Part shown: piece after piece, positions 23,898-35,765 of the stretch
Numbering within the stretch: the first letter of the stretch is position 1
How the letters are laid out: the number at the start of each line of letters is the position of its first letter
From: Callorhinchus milii
Taxonomy: Eukaryota
Direction: 5' to 3'
Length of the DNA stretch: 64,000 nucleotides
NCBI RefSeq assembly: GCF_018977255.1
Contig: NW_024704742.1
Location: forward strand, 2,916,001 to 2,980,000
Position numbers and translations under genes: made by a program
The notes under the pieces: generated by a model
Seen by the model: only the letters and a program-made list of their open reading frames with translations
Database searches by the model: none
Told to the model about the DNA's origin: nothing

Positions 23898-25139
23898 CTA
23901 ACCATCTCCATTTCCTATCAAGTGCAGACTGACACACCACAATAGCACACTGCCCATTGGATTTCCCATGATATTAAAATGTCTTGTGAGAAATCAATCG
24001 CATTCAAATGGGAAGGATATAAAAGGAATTAGGATTTCAGTCGTTAGTGCAAGTGGATGAGTTCATATCATCTTCGTCTCAAAGAAACGGTCCCGATCAA
24101 AAATAAAAGTAAAATTGGCAACTAGTGTGTCATCTCCTCTCAGTAGTAATAATAATAACAATAATCTTTGCATTTGTTATAGTGCCTTGTCACATTGTTG
24201 AGGCTTCACAAGATGTTTCACAGAATGTACTGCAAAGTGAATTGACGCATATTTTGTGGGTAAAGCGCATTATCCAACATAGGAGCTATGATTGTCAGAT
24301 AGGGTCAACCCGAACAAAAGAAATATAATAATATCTTCCGCACTTTGTAACTGCTGTCTCTGTGTTTTACAATATTAAAGGTTCAATTCAATTATTGTGC
24401 TTTGTGGACCTCATGCTTGAGGCACTGTTCGTTGATCCGAGTGTATTATTTGCATAGATTTTAATCCCATTTGCAATCTATTTCAATCCTGCACGAGCTT
24501 AAAAGTTAATTCAAAGGGACAGCAGCAGCGCAAAGCAATGTAGATCGGCCCGGGGAGCAGAACGTCAGACGAGAACTGTGACGCAAATACAAAATGCATC
24601 AACGCAGGGGTGTATGTGCGCGGCATCGCATATGCACCAACGGAACAAAAAAAATACAAGCTCGCACTATCAGCGATGAAGTCACAACCCATTGCTTTTG
24701 ATGGTTTTCCATATTTGAACAGAGTATGCACGAGATTAAGACGTAACAGCACTCTGGGGTCTCTTTAGCATTTCTGCACTATTGAAGCAACTCTTCAAGT
24801 AAGACAAATGCAGCAGTTTTAAATCCATTTAGGAAAATGCCTTCTTATTGTAAGGTAGCATGATCCATTCCTTAATAGCTGCGCTGATGAGTTATCTCCA
24901 GTCGGCTGTTATTGTTCAGGCCTTACGGTTGCACAACACCTTGAATTACAGATGCAAATATTTTCATCGGGGACAGACTGTTGCCAATGTTTGCCATCCC
25001 GCTTCATTTTCTTAAAAATGCTGGGATAGAAATTGTGATGCTTCTTAACAGATTCGATAAGGCACCAAGTCTGTTGGAAAGCACAATTTAAACCCCACCT
25101 GCGGCCCCTAAATTCCACCTAATCCCATAATATCAATAA

Positions 25140-25450
25140 TATCGTAACATCAATGCCAAATGTAAAAAAGGAGATTACCGAATGCCAACCAATCGTAGAC
25201 CTGTAGTGTGAAGGTTTACGCTACATAAATCACCACATCCTGCCCTTCACCCAGGTTTCTTAATGAACAAACCTGTAGTTGGCAGTGAAATGTTAATAAA
25301 GTCCTGAGTTTGTGCGGTTTCGCGATTAACGGTATCTGTAAGAAATTGTTCAATGATGCGTCCTATACATAATGTATCAAGTGCATTCTCAATGTCAAGA
25401 ACAATTTTAATCATTGGTTTGCCTGTGTCTGCAAACGCACGTTTTGGCAC
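25140..25450 (-). mobile_element. Highly decayed non-LTR reverse transcriptase remnant
   Basis: DTGKPMIKIVLDIENALDTL resembles D.GK....VFLD..KAFDTV; TTGLR....SPFL resembles TG..QG..LSP.LF once a small insertion is removed. Confidence 0.45.
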
Positions 25451-25671
25451 ACAGTGTTTTTTTTTGTTGTAAGCTGATGGTCCGGAAGGATTCATTTGCA
25501 GCTTCTGCGTCCGCGGGTCTCTCTGGATCCGCGTATTTCTGGTAGTCACAAAGCAATGCGTCCGGGCACCAAAACTGGAAGCACAGTTGGATTTTGAGCT
25601 GCCATGTCATATCCATGGAGATTCTGCCTTACGGTGGATTTGCTTTACCATGATCTTTGTTCTCTTGGCCC

Positions 25672-25830
25672 GTAGGAACAGGAGTAGACTATATGGCCCT
25701 TTGCGTCTCATGTGAAATACACCATCCCTTGCCCTTCACCCAGGTTTCTTAATGAACAAAATCTCATTCCCAGCCAGATGTTTATCCAGTACTTGTTTGA
25801 AAGAATTTGACACACCATCTGCCATTCTTG
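25672..25830 (-). mobile_element. CR1 LINE 3' end
   Basis: Minus frame SNSFKQVLDKHL...stop; taggaacaggagtagactatatggccc is an antisense CR1-type 3' UTR. Confidence 0.65.
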
Positions 25831-25889
25831 CTGGTTCAGCTCTCGCTCTCACACACACACAATGCATGCAGAAATAATTGGGTATTGAT

Positions 25890-26650
25890 GCAACAAGAAT
25901 TTGCACATACATAGTGACTTTCACGTTTGAGAACGTCTCAAAAAGTGTGTTACAAAGGCGGTGTGGGAGCCCAAACTGGGAGGAAGAGAGGAGGGGTTGG
26001 GAGAGATGGCAATTAAAGAGGGAGGCCACAAGATAGAGGAATTTTGGAAGGGAATTCCAGAAAGTGGCCGTGGAGTGCAAAGGGATGGGGGGGGGTGGTG
26101 GTGGTATGAAGCAGGCCAGAGGTAGTAGAGTTTGGGAGTCGGGCAGAGAGGAAGGGTTCAAGCAATCACAGAGGTAGGGCGGAAGCATTTGGAAGTGAAG
26201 GCAAAGGTCCTAAAGTTTCCCAGGGGATGGGGAGCTAATAGAGCCAGATAAGGATGGGAGTAATGGACTTGTAGAGTGCAGGGCGGGAGAGGATATGGGC
26301 TGCAGAGTTCTGCATGACCTGGAGCTTGTCCAAGTAGTGTCCGGCTCGGGAGGCCGGTGAGCAGGGCTTTGGAAAATTCAAGTCTGAAAGAGGTACGGGC
26401 AAGAGATTTTTTTTACTGTTTTGGGGTTGAGGTAGGTGGTGTAAGGCAGGCGTTGTTAAAGAGATGGAGAACAGCAGCTTTGGTCGGGACCTGGATGAAA
26501 GGCTTCAAGGGGAGTCGAAGGTTAGACACATTGCTGAAGTTCTGAACTAGCTCTGTGAACTGGAGGGAGCAACCAGGGAGGTTTATAAGGTCAGTGCCTG
26601 AGGTGAGGAGGTGCTGGCAGGAGCAAGTGTCAATGTTGTCAAAATTGAAG
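25890..26650 (-). mobile_element. L2 LINE ORF2 and 3' fragment
   Basis: LKPFIQVPTKAAVLHLFNNACL resembles LSF.PHI...TK.AF.HLRNIARL; also PPYLCD, FWNSLPK and an L2 tail. Confidence 0.75.
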
Positions 26651-27384
26651 CTCATGCAGTTCTGACAAATAGTCTGTCAGGAGGGATAATAGACTGTGGA
26701 TACGGTGAGGAATCGCAATCTTCGACTCTGTTTTTAAATACATTTAATCTCGTCCGTGGTCATGAAACTCCATTAGAAACTACACAGTCACTACACTTGA
26801 TAGTAAATCCTGAGAAGCGCTTTGCGACGTCTTGCCGATGTGATAAAGTGCTGGGTCAAGCGCTGGAATTAAGGATGACTATTTACTTAGAAGGGTCTAA
26901 TGTGCTCACTCAAAGCCTTTGGTCAGTAGAGAAAATATGGAATCACTAAAGTGAAGTAGTGAATGGTATAGACTGTGGGTGACAGTGGATTCATTTCCTT
27001 TAACCAAACCAAATACCTTGTTGTAGGAGTGCGGCAGCAATCAATTCTCCATGACCTCTCAATCAAGCTATCAGGTCCTATTCAGACAGTCGTGCGAGAT
27101 TGCAGATATTCCTGCCCTGAGTTCAAGTAGAAATGTTGTTCGGTATTTCTGAATAGACCAGTGACAGAGCACAAAGTGGTGCCGTGTTTACGCCAAGGAA
27201 TCACTCTAAAGGATACGGAGATGTCAATACTCGAAGCAGCCAATGATTCATAACGATCCTCGCATTCGAACACAGGGCCCTTACTTATCAAGTGGTTTGA
27301 ATTTCTCTTCGCAGGATTTCACAAGGTTAAGCGCTTTGAGATGCCGCTCTGTACAAACGGCACTATATTATTCGTAAGTTGGTG

Positions 27385-27640
27385 ATTTACTGCGTAGTGA
27401 CTGCTCATTTGTAGGCAAGTGTAGCAGCCAATCTGTGCGCAACGAAGTCCCACCAACAGCCATGAAATGAACGACCGATTTCTAATTGGGGGATAGTTGG
27501 CCAGGACACAGGGAGAAACTCCCTTCTCTTTTCGAATTGTGCCATGGGATCGTTAACATCTACCCAAACTTTTCATCTGAAGGACGGCATCTCTGACAAT
27601 GCAGCACACATCCCGGCATTGCATTGGCGTGTCAGACCGA
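27385..27640 (-). mobile_element. Deu-domain SINE
   Basis: ggccaggacacagggagaaactcc...gtgccatgggatcgttaacatc...gaaggacggcatctctgacaatgcagcac. Confidence 0.8.
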
Positions 27641-28159
27641 GCTGTGATCTTTACAGTAAGCAGCATTGTAATGTTTGAAAGGCTATTTCAATAAAGTGAT
27701 TAATTATCTTACGTTTTGCTACGCCTCCCTGAAATGGTAAATATTCTTCTAATTATTGGAGATTGCGTTAGTACACCAGAATCCCTTATTATGAAAATGT
27801 TGTGTATATTGCAGTATCAGCAGAACAATTACAATTAGAAAAAGCCACATATGTAATGTACTTTATCGTGAGGCATATAATAAAAGGGAAATGAACAAGA
27901 AAACCATTTCAGCAGCAAACACCATCACTGTAATGATTAGGAAAGTGACAACAAATCATTAAGGTTCAATACACAATTAACAGCGGAGCTAGATTTACAG
28001 AGAATGATGCACTTCCCGTGTTTGCACATGGAATAGTCTGATATGAGGTTAACAATAACGTTCAGAGCACGTATATATTCAGAGAAAATAAAGATGTCTG
28101 CCTCTTGCCCTTGTACTGTAAAATTATTAAACTTAATACTGTAAAGTGAATTGACCGTA

Positions 28160-28275
28160 TGTTTCGCCCACAAAACCTAGTCAATTCATTTTACGGTATA
28201 TCCCGTGACGTGCTCTGAAACGTCTCGATGACCTGATAAGGCGCTATATCAAATGTAAGGATTATTATTATTACT
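28160..28275 (+). mobile_element. tRNA-SINE 3' fragment preceded by an inverted duplicate of itself
   Basis: ttcgcccacaaaac..agtcaattcattttacggtat...gataaggcgctatatcaaatgtaagg(att)n. Confidence 0.8.
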
Positions 28276-28334
28276 GGGGAATGGCTTCATGCCCCATACC
28301 GATCACCACCGCCCTTCATCGCCAACTGCCCTCT

Positions 28335-28670
28335 GGTACGTCGCCCAATTGACCATTGTTTATGTTGGAGCCTCGACAGTAAGTGTTGGCAGGATATTTA
28401 ACCACTGGGAAAGGGTTGAAATGGATTGGGTACAATCCTGTCCTCGCCCAGTATCCCTACATATGTGCCTCTACCCCATGATTCATCAGGTCGGTATCAG
28501 GAGCAGCAAACCTGGGCGACTTTTCTCTCATTGCTGAGGTCTATTGCGGTAACCTCAGTGCCACGATAGAGCTCAGCTCGCTCAGCGCTGACCTGAGATT
28601 AAACCTGGGACATGCCAGGGGTATGCGAGCCCGATACTTTCTGCTTAACGTGCTGACCAACCAGAGGAGG
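28335..28670 (-). mobile_element. Ancient SINE-like family copy
   Basis: agcctcgacagtaagtgttggcagg...atcctgtcctcgccc...caggagcagcaaacctggg; homologous to 22538-22830 and 60450-60715. Confidence 0.6.
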
Positions 28671-31600
28671 CATGGGCAAATCTTTAAGTAACCTAACTCG
28701 CGAGACCACAATCACGAGTTCTGTTTACATGAAGAAAGCCCTTCAACTTATTTAATCTCATCCTTCCAGAATACCCTACTGTCTCTGCATCACAGAATCA
28801 AGTTGTTGTCTTTAATTGCATGTATCGTCCTTGCCTCGACAGCCCTTCCTGATCCACTCAGTAATTACCACCTGGTTAAAGAATTACTTGCCCCGTGTCT
28901 GTCCTTAAATCGCCCTTTGCAGTACTCAACCCCGTGTTCTGTCGCTCTCCTGCCTTGGTGGATCTGAAAATAATGTTCCTGGTTTTACTTGTTCGATCTT
29001 GTTTCAAATCGTGTACATCACTATAGGGTACATAGTGTGTACATCTCTTGTAACTCTTGAGTTGGTGATATTCAGAGCACAAGGGCCACAGACCACTCCA
29101 GACAGATGAGATGATCATCTGCCTCCATTATCCATCTGTCATCTCGATATCTGTATCTGCCACATTTTATAATGAATATGACTCTTTGGCCTCTCACTGG
29201 GATACTGTGTGCAGATTCGCATTTCGGAGTGCCATCAGTCACAGTCACGATAGTCAATTCATTTGTTTGAGCTGTTCTTTCCCAGATCGTCTCTGTTGTC
29301 TCATTGTCCGCTGTTCTGTAGGGGCGGGAGGGAGTGTAGTATCACCTGGTCGAACAAAATGCAGTCAAAATACATGCGGACAAAATCTTTTCACCTGACA
29401 CAGGGATGATACTGACCTCCAACGTTAGCACAGTAGCTCGGACCGAAGTCAGCTCAAAAAGAAATGCTTCGCAAGATGCCGGCTTGAAATCAATCCTAAG
29501 GTCTCAAAAAGCAGCAAAGTTCTTATTAACAGACTAACCCCGTCTGGGCAAATCAGCTTGCTTCAAAGCTCTGTAGCCACTTTCTTTGGTTGTCAGCTCA
29601 GTGCACTGTGACGCTTTCTAATTTGAAGCACCTTCTGTGTCTGAGAAAGCTTTTACTCCTGATCCCTTTCAGGGGTAAGACACTGCGCACACTGTTGCAC
29701 AAGACGTCCATTTGGACAGGTCTCAATTGATCTGTTATAGTCCTCCAGTGTCACAATAGACCGTAACCCGCTCAAATGTATCTCTGTCGAAGACCAACCT
29801 GATAACCTGCCACTGCTTAAGTCAACTCACTCGCCACAGATTATGCTTTGAACTGAAATCTACCAGTACGTACAGCCTGGTCTGTACATTCACCCAATAA
29901 ACCATCGGAAAAGCACGTACAGTTTCCATGGTGTGAGGTTTATCCGCAATCCCCTTTTTCATAAGCCGCTGACCGAATAAATGGACCAACGGTATTAAGT
30001 CGTGCATGATCACGAAAGGGTTAAAAATAGATTCACATGCTGCAGATTAGAAAGGCCTGAATAATAAACATTAAATCTATCCGTGTCTGTACGGAAATGT
30101 TAAGACAGGCTCACAGGAGCCCCTTTTTGCAGGATTCCCAGTAAATGGTTTTAATAGACCGCTCCCATCCCTTATTCCATATCTAATTGAAACTTGTTGC
30201 ATGCTTTTCCCTGCGGCAAACATGCCAGGCAGTGATTAACCGCAGAACGGGTAACTAGAAAGGTTTAAGAATAGACGTTAGCGCACTCAAGGTTACATAT
30301 TTCAATAGCAAGCAGAGAATGGTGAAATCAATCAAATATTTTTTTCAAATTTCATGACGATTTTTGCTATGATCCATTTTCACCATTCTTTTGAAATGCC
30401 ATACTTGTAACCCGTATATATATCTATATAATATTTACGTAGACATAATAACAGGATTTGCCATTTGAATCCTATTTTGGGGTTGACAGGACGGTGACTT
30501 GTGATAAATACGATAATAAATTGCGATTGAAACTCCTGGAATTGTTTTTCCCTTTAATATGGTAACTACTGTATCACCACTCCCTCTGCAATATGCCTCC
30601 TACACGGGGTAACTGTTAATCTAACACACAGGATAGGTGCCCACAGGGGATGAGATGACAGACACTGTCACACTGATATGTAGCGGAGAAAACGGCAATG
30701 AAGCAAAGCTGGCGTTAGGCTCTTTCAACGTGACATATCCTTTGTAGCCCACAGCTCACAATCTGCTTTCTACAAAAAACCTAAGGGTTGAGCTCAGTTT
30801 GGTGTCCCATCAGATATTCTATTTAAATTTCCCGCAAGATCCTAAAATCCTGAGAGTTATTTCGGAGCAACTCTGATGGGATAGTATTTCGTAGATGAAT
30901 TCCTGTGAAGGCTTTTACATCGCATTTGACAATGGTCTTCAAGGGCAGACCGACCGTAAACCTGTATGAATTTTCACTTGGGGATTCAAAGAGGATTTTT
31001 TTTAATATTAAGTATAAATAAATTAATAAAATAATAAATATTGCAATTTTCATTTGTCGGAATTCATCAAAGATTACCGCAGTTTCCTACGGTCTCGATT
31101 CTTCAGCTTTATTCGGGAAGGGTTACATTTTCGAGATGAAGGCGGTGGAAAATGAACGAGCCCAAAGAGGAGGCAGGTTGATTAAATTACACCGCACTAT
31201 AACATCAGATCACTGCTCTAAGTATCAGTTTTGAATGTTATTGACTACGAAAAATGTTGTGTTAGGGGGGGGGAAAAAAAAACACTGTAAGAATACAAGA
31301 CTGTTTGCAAAGTAATTGTACAAACCCACTTAAACTCTATAATTAACTTTGTCATGAACAATCAGGCAGCAAGATCTCAAAATGCCACCGTAAGTGGTTT
31401 CGCGACAGACCGCACTGAATAATAGAACCCTTATGTAATGCGGAGAGCGTGCAAATAATTATAATATTATGTGTGCCTTTCGGGGTAAGAGACATACCGC
31501 ATGACTACGGAGGAAGGAGTCAGTACGGTGAGGGGTTGGGGAGTGTGAGGGGACATTGGGGAGTGTGAGGGGTTGGGCAGTGGACCATCCAACAAGCATT

Positions 31601-33807
31601 GGCCATTGATCCCAAGACATTCTCTCGACTTATGCTCTCTTCCCTGAGCTCGATCGGAGCTGTTACTGCCTCTGTAACCCTCAACCCCCTTTCTCAACAA
31701 ATAGATGTTGTGAGCCTGGCTCTGTTAGTAGCACTCTAGCCTCGGAGTCAAAAAGGGGGTCAAGGCTTAGGTTAGGATTTTGAACTCACTGTCTAAAGTG
31801 AGTTGTTTGAAGCGCTCTGAGATGCTGTCTGGTGTGAAGGGCGCTATATAAATCCAAGTTGTTGTTGTTGTTGTCTAGGTTGACAATGCGCTGCAATGAG
31901 GGAGGGTGTTGGGGCCTGTATTGCTTGGAGCGAGTGCTCATGCAGGCTCAATGGGTCTCATCTCGACTGTGTGTGAACAACGCAATATCTCACCGTATGA
32001 AGCTGTTTGGAGATGTTAGAAAATCATCCTAACGTTGCACTTGTGGATTCAGACCCATTCCACGACACACACACAAACAAAATGGGCTGACAGTTTAAAG
32101 CAGTGTGGTCCAACCTTTTGGCTGCCAGGGGATGGGGGGTGAGTAGGGTGGGGGGGTGGGGGGCAGAAGCTCCATTTGAGAAACATTCGCGGCTGCATAA
32201 GCAATATTTTTGTGTTTCCTTTCCAGAAACGTAACATTTACACTGCACGACTTTGCCCCCTTTGTTGGATGGTGTGGAATAAACCTGCTCTCCCTCCCTC
32301 GCTTTTTAACTTCTGACTGGCCATCCAAGTAGGGTGGGGATGGGGGTCGAGGGGAGTGGTGCTGAGGAGGGGTGGTGGGGGGGGGGAGAGATGATTGAAA
32401 GCGTGGTTGAAGAGGGAAGTGCTAAGGCGGTAGGGAGTAGTTGTATCAGTAAACATTAAGACGATGGTCGGATAGAGCAGGGCGTTCACAAAGTCCTGTT
32501 ACCCCCATGTTTCTCTTTCTTATACTGAATTTTTACTTACTGTTGCAGACGAAATGAGTGCAACAACGCATGATACCAGTAACTTCCTCGTCAGTCCATC
32601 CGTGACACGGAAGACGTCGAACGCAGCAATGGATCATCGTCTGCCATGAATATCATGGCGCTCACACGCACCGATCTTATTGTATTGTATTGGAAATCTC
32701 AATACAATACAATACAATACAATACAAAAAAAAACACACGGTTAAGCACTTGTACTGAATGCGATTAAGTACTTCTAAATACAATTATCATCAGTCTTCC
32801 ACATATTTCAGTTGTTGGTCAGTATACTGTAGAAAAACAAAGACATGGGGGGGTAACAAGGCTTTGTGAACACCCTGCGTAGTTGCATATTGATTGGGTG
32901 TTCCAAGTCATGCACCATTCCCATTGAGTACCATTAAGATCACGTACAAAAGGTAATTTGGGTTGAAATGTCACCCTTCTTGACAAGCTAGTTATGTATT
33001 TCTCAGAACCCAATGCACCACTCTCCTCGTTTTTTTCGTTTACTGAATTGATTTTCTGTAACTCGGCACTGAGCAAAACAAAACAGGAAAATTGTTTTGC
33101 TTCCATTCTGTTTCATATTTTTAAACAAGACAAACTGTAGCAATATCCCAGATGACAGAAATTCAGCAATACTGCGCTTTAACACATTGCCATCATGCCT
33201 CAGTTGCACCTTAATGTTACCCTCTGTTCTCTGCGGTAGTAGTAGTTTTTCACATTTACTTTCTTACTCAATGTGGAAATGCGTGAAATGCAATGAAGTG
33301 CTATCTCCTTTTCAACTCCGTAGAGTCTACAGGGTGTACAGTGCTGATCATTAAAATCAGAGACCTTTTCATTACTCGGTGAAATTGGGATTTCCCATCA
33401 TAAGTCACAATAAAAAACAAAACCGCTATTTGCAGTTGGGTGCACACCGTCAGCTCTCATCTCCGCAATGTTACACTCACCATGAAACCAGTCCTTAGTG
33501 TATCTTCTTGTGATTTCTGGATAAGTTGACTCTCAGTTGGATTATGGTCCCATTGCGTTGCCTATCCTCCAGTACTTGACCAAATGCCCAATCTGCACGT
33601 GTAAGATGGACAGCGACTGTAGCGTTTTATTTGACGATAGACAAGGAGGGGTTTCCAAAGCCCAATTGTGTCCACACCCGATGCCCAACGTTTCCTTTCA
33701 TCTAAGAACATTTACAGTTGAAGATTGGGTAGGTTTATGGCCGGTTCGTAAATTTAGGTACAATTCGGAAGCCATTTTGCTACATGTAGCGGCAAAGATT
33801 ACCGGAT

Positions 33808-34065
33808 AATAATATAATAATAATAATAATCCTTGCATTTGATGTAGCACTGCTTATTATCACATTGCTGGGACATCTCAAAGCGCTTCACGGAATATAC
33901 TGTAAAGTGAATTGTATACTTTGTGGGCAAAACGCGGCAGCCAATTGCAGTGTCCCACAAATAGTTGTGTATGGAATGATCAAGTTATTATAAATTGTTT
34001 GTTTATTTATTATTTATTTATTTTTGAAAGATTATTACCCCCAGAAAGCAATCGGCAATTCGATT
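33808..34065 (-). mobile_element. tRNA-SINE long subfamily, 3' part
   Basis: (taa)n ccttgcatttgat...gcggcagccaattgc...attattacccccagaaagcaatc. Confidence 0.8.
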
Positions 34066-34511
34066 ATGTATTATATAGAGAGATCAAGAGCTACCACAGA
34101 CATAATGAGCTCAGTGGCCTTTCCTCTCCTGTATATATATAGTGTGGTGTATTGTTCTATGTTCCACTGATTTTTCTTTCCTCCTTATCCCAGAGGTGAT
34201 GAGGCAATGTCTTGGAACTCATGAGATCTGAGCTCATCTAATTCAGCATTAGATGACATTGGGCGCTTCCTAATCTGCACAATTCAGTTATTAAATGGGC
34301 CATCGGGCTAACATGAATGGAGAATCAAAAACATTCTCTCATCCCCATGAATGATTATTCGAACAAATTAAACATTGCTTCCGAACGATTCATCTACTGA
34401 GTGCCCAGTGCCGTCTCCTGTGCCATCAGGTCAGAATGTCTCAGACTTCACTTCCTTGACTCGTGTAGAATTAAATGATCTCATACAGTGAAGTCATGAT
34501 ATGTTGCAGTC

Positions 34512-34712
34512 GAGTCCTGTAGCTCAGTAGTTAGAGCAGTCATTTCCCAAGCGAGAGAGAGAGACCTGGGTTCAATTCTCGACATGGCGAAATGTCAGGC
34601 AAGTTTCCTTACTCCACCGGCCTCTGCTTACGTAGCAGTAGTCTGTGAAGTGCTCTGAGACATCTCGAAGACGTGATAAGGCTCCATATCAAATGCAAAG
34701 ATTATTATTAAT
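34512..34712 (+). mobile_element. tRNA-SINE, internally deleted
   Basis: gagtcctgtagctcagtagttagagc head joined almost directly to the family tail. Confidence 0.8.
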
Positions 34713-35285
34713 GCAACTCAGCTCATCATTCCTGGACTGAGAAAGGGATGCAATGGGCACATGTTTTTTTTTGCTGGCCAGTGATCTTCAACTGTGAGGT
34801 AACGGTTGATGGTGATTATGCAACATTATTCTAGGACAAGTTACAACCTTCCTGAGAGGTGAAGAAAATATTGGGGGAAAATTGTGACTGATTGCATTTT
34901 TGAATGCAGAAAAGAGGAGGGAATTAGTTCTAAGGAACGTTCTAAGGGAATTAGAATGAGTAAGGTGTGCAGATTTTATTTCCCTTTGCATAGATATATC
35001 AGTCTGGTAATAATGGATATTAATTATTGGCGATAAGAGGAATCTTTGCATTTGTTACAGTGCTTTACCGTCTTGTCAAGACGTCTAGAACTGCTTCACA
35101 GGATTTATGTTAAAGTGCGGAGACTGTGTATCTGTAGGCCAACGCGGCAGCCGTTCTGCAAACAGCATTGCCCCACAAACAACGACAACAACAAGATTAC
35201 ATTTGTAGAGCGCCTTTCAAGGTGCCGGTAAACAGCCATGAAGTGAATTAACTATTTTATTTTGCTAGATTGTTGGCCACCCCAG

Positions 35286-35324
35286 CAAACAAACAAACAA
35301 ACAAACAAACAAACAAACAAACAA
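35286..35324. repeat. (CAAA)n microsatellite (antisense L2-type tail)
   Basis: Read directly; followed by cttggatttatatagcgccct. Confidence 0.9.
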
Positions 35325-35364
35325 CTTGGATTTATATAGCGCCCTCCACCCCGGATGGCATCTC

Positions 35365-35765
35365 AGAGCCAGCACTCTCGCCTCTGTGTCAGAAGGTTGT
35401 AGGTTCAAGTCGTACATCAGGACTTTAGTCTCACAGTCCAGGTGGACAATCCAGTTCAGTGCTGGAAAAAGCACTGCTTTGTCAGAGGTGCCGTTGTTTG
35501 GCTGAGACGTTTAAACCGAGGTCCCACCTGCCTGTTAAAGATTCTATTGAACTATGCAAAAAGAGAAGGGAGTTTTTCCCGGTGTCCTGACCAACAACCC
35601 ATCAAATAAAATGTGTTATTCATTTTATGGCTGTATCATTTGATTGCTGTGTGCAACTTGGGTGCTGTACTTGCCAATGAACACACATTCACCACGTTTG
35701 ATGGTAAATCCAATGGAGAGCTATGAGATGACCTTGTCATATGAAAGGCGCTATATTATTATTAC
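35365..35765 (+). mobile_element. Deu-domain SINE, near full length
   Basis: gcactctcgcctctgtgtcagaaggttgtaggttcaag head; gtcagaggtgccgt core; tgaaaggcgctatatt tail. Confidence 0.85.

Noticed and set aside
32130..32390. G-tract clusters with G-quadruplex potential (also ~12040 and ~38020; C-tracts at ~9335)
   Set aside because: Low-complexity tracts that are common in this window, with no evidence of function
32575..32620. Hammerhead-like gtc-hairpin-ctgacga on the minus strand
   Set aside because: No downstream GAAA core and a poor stem I
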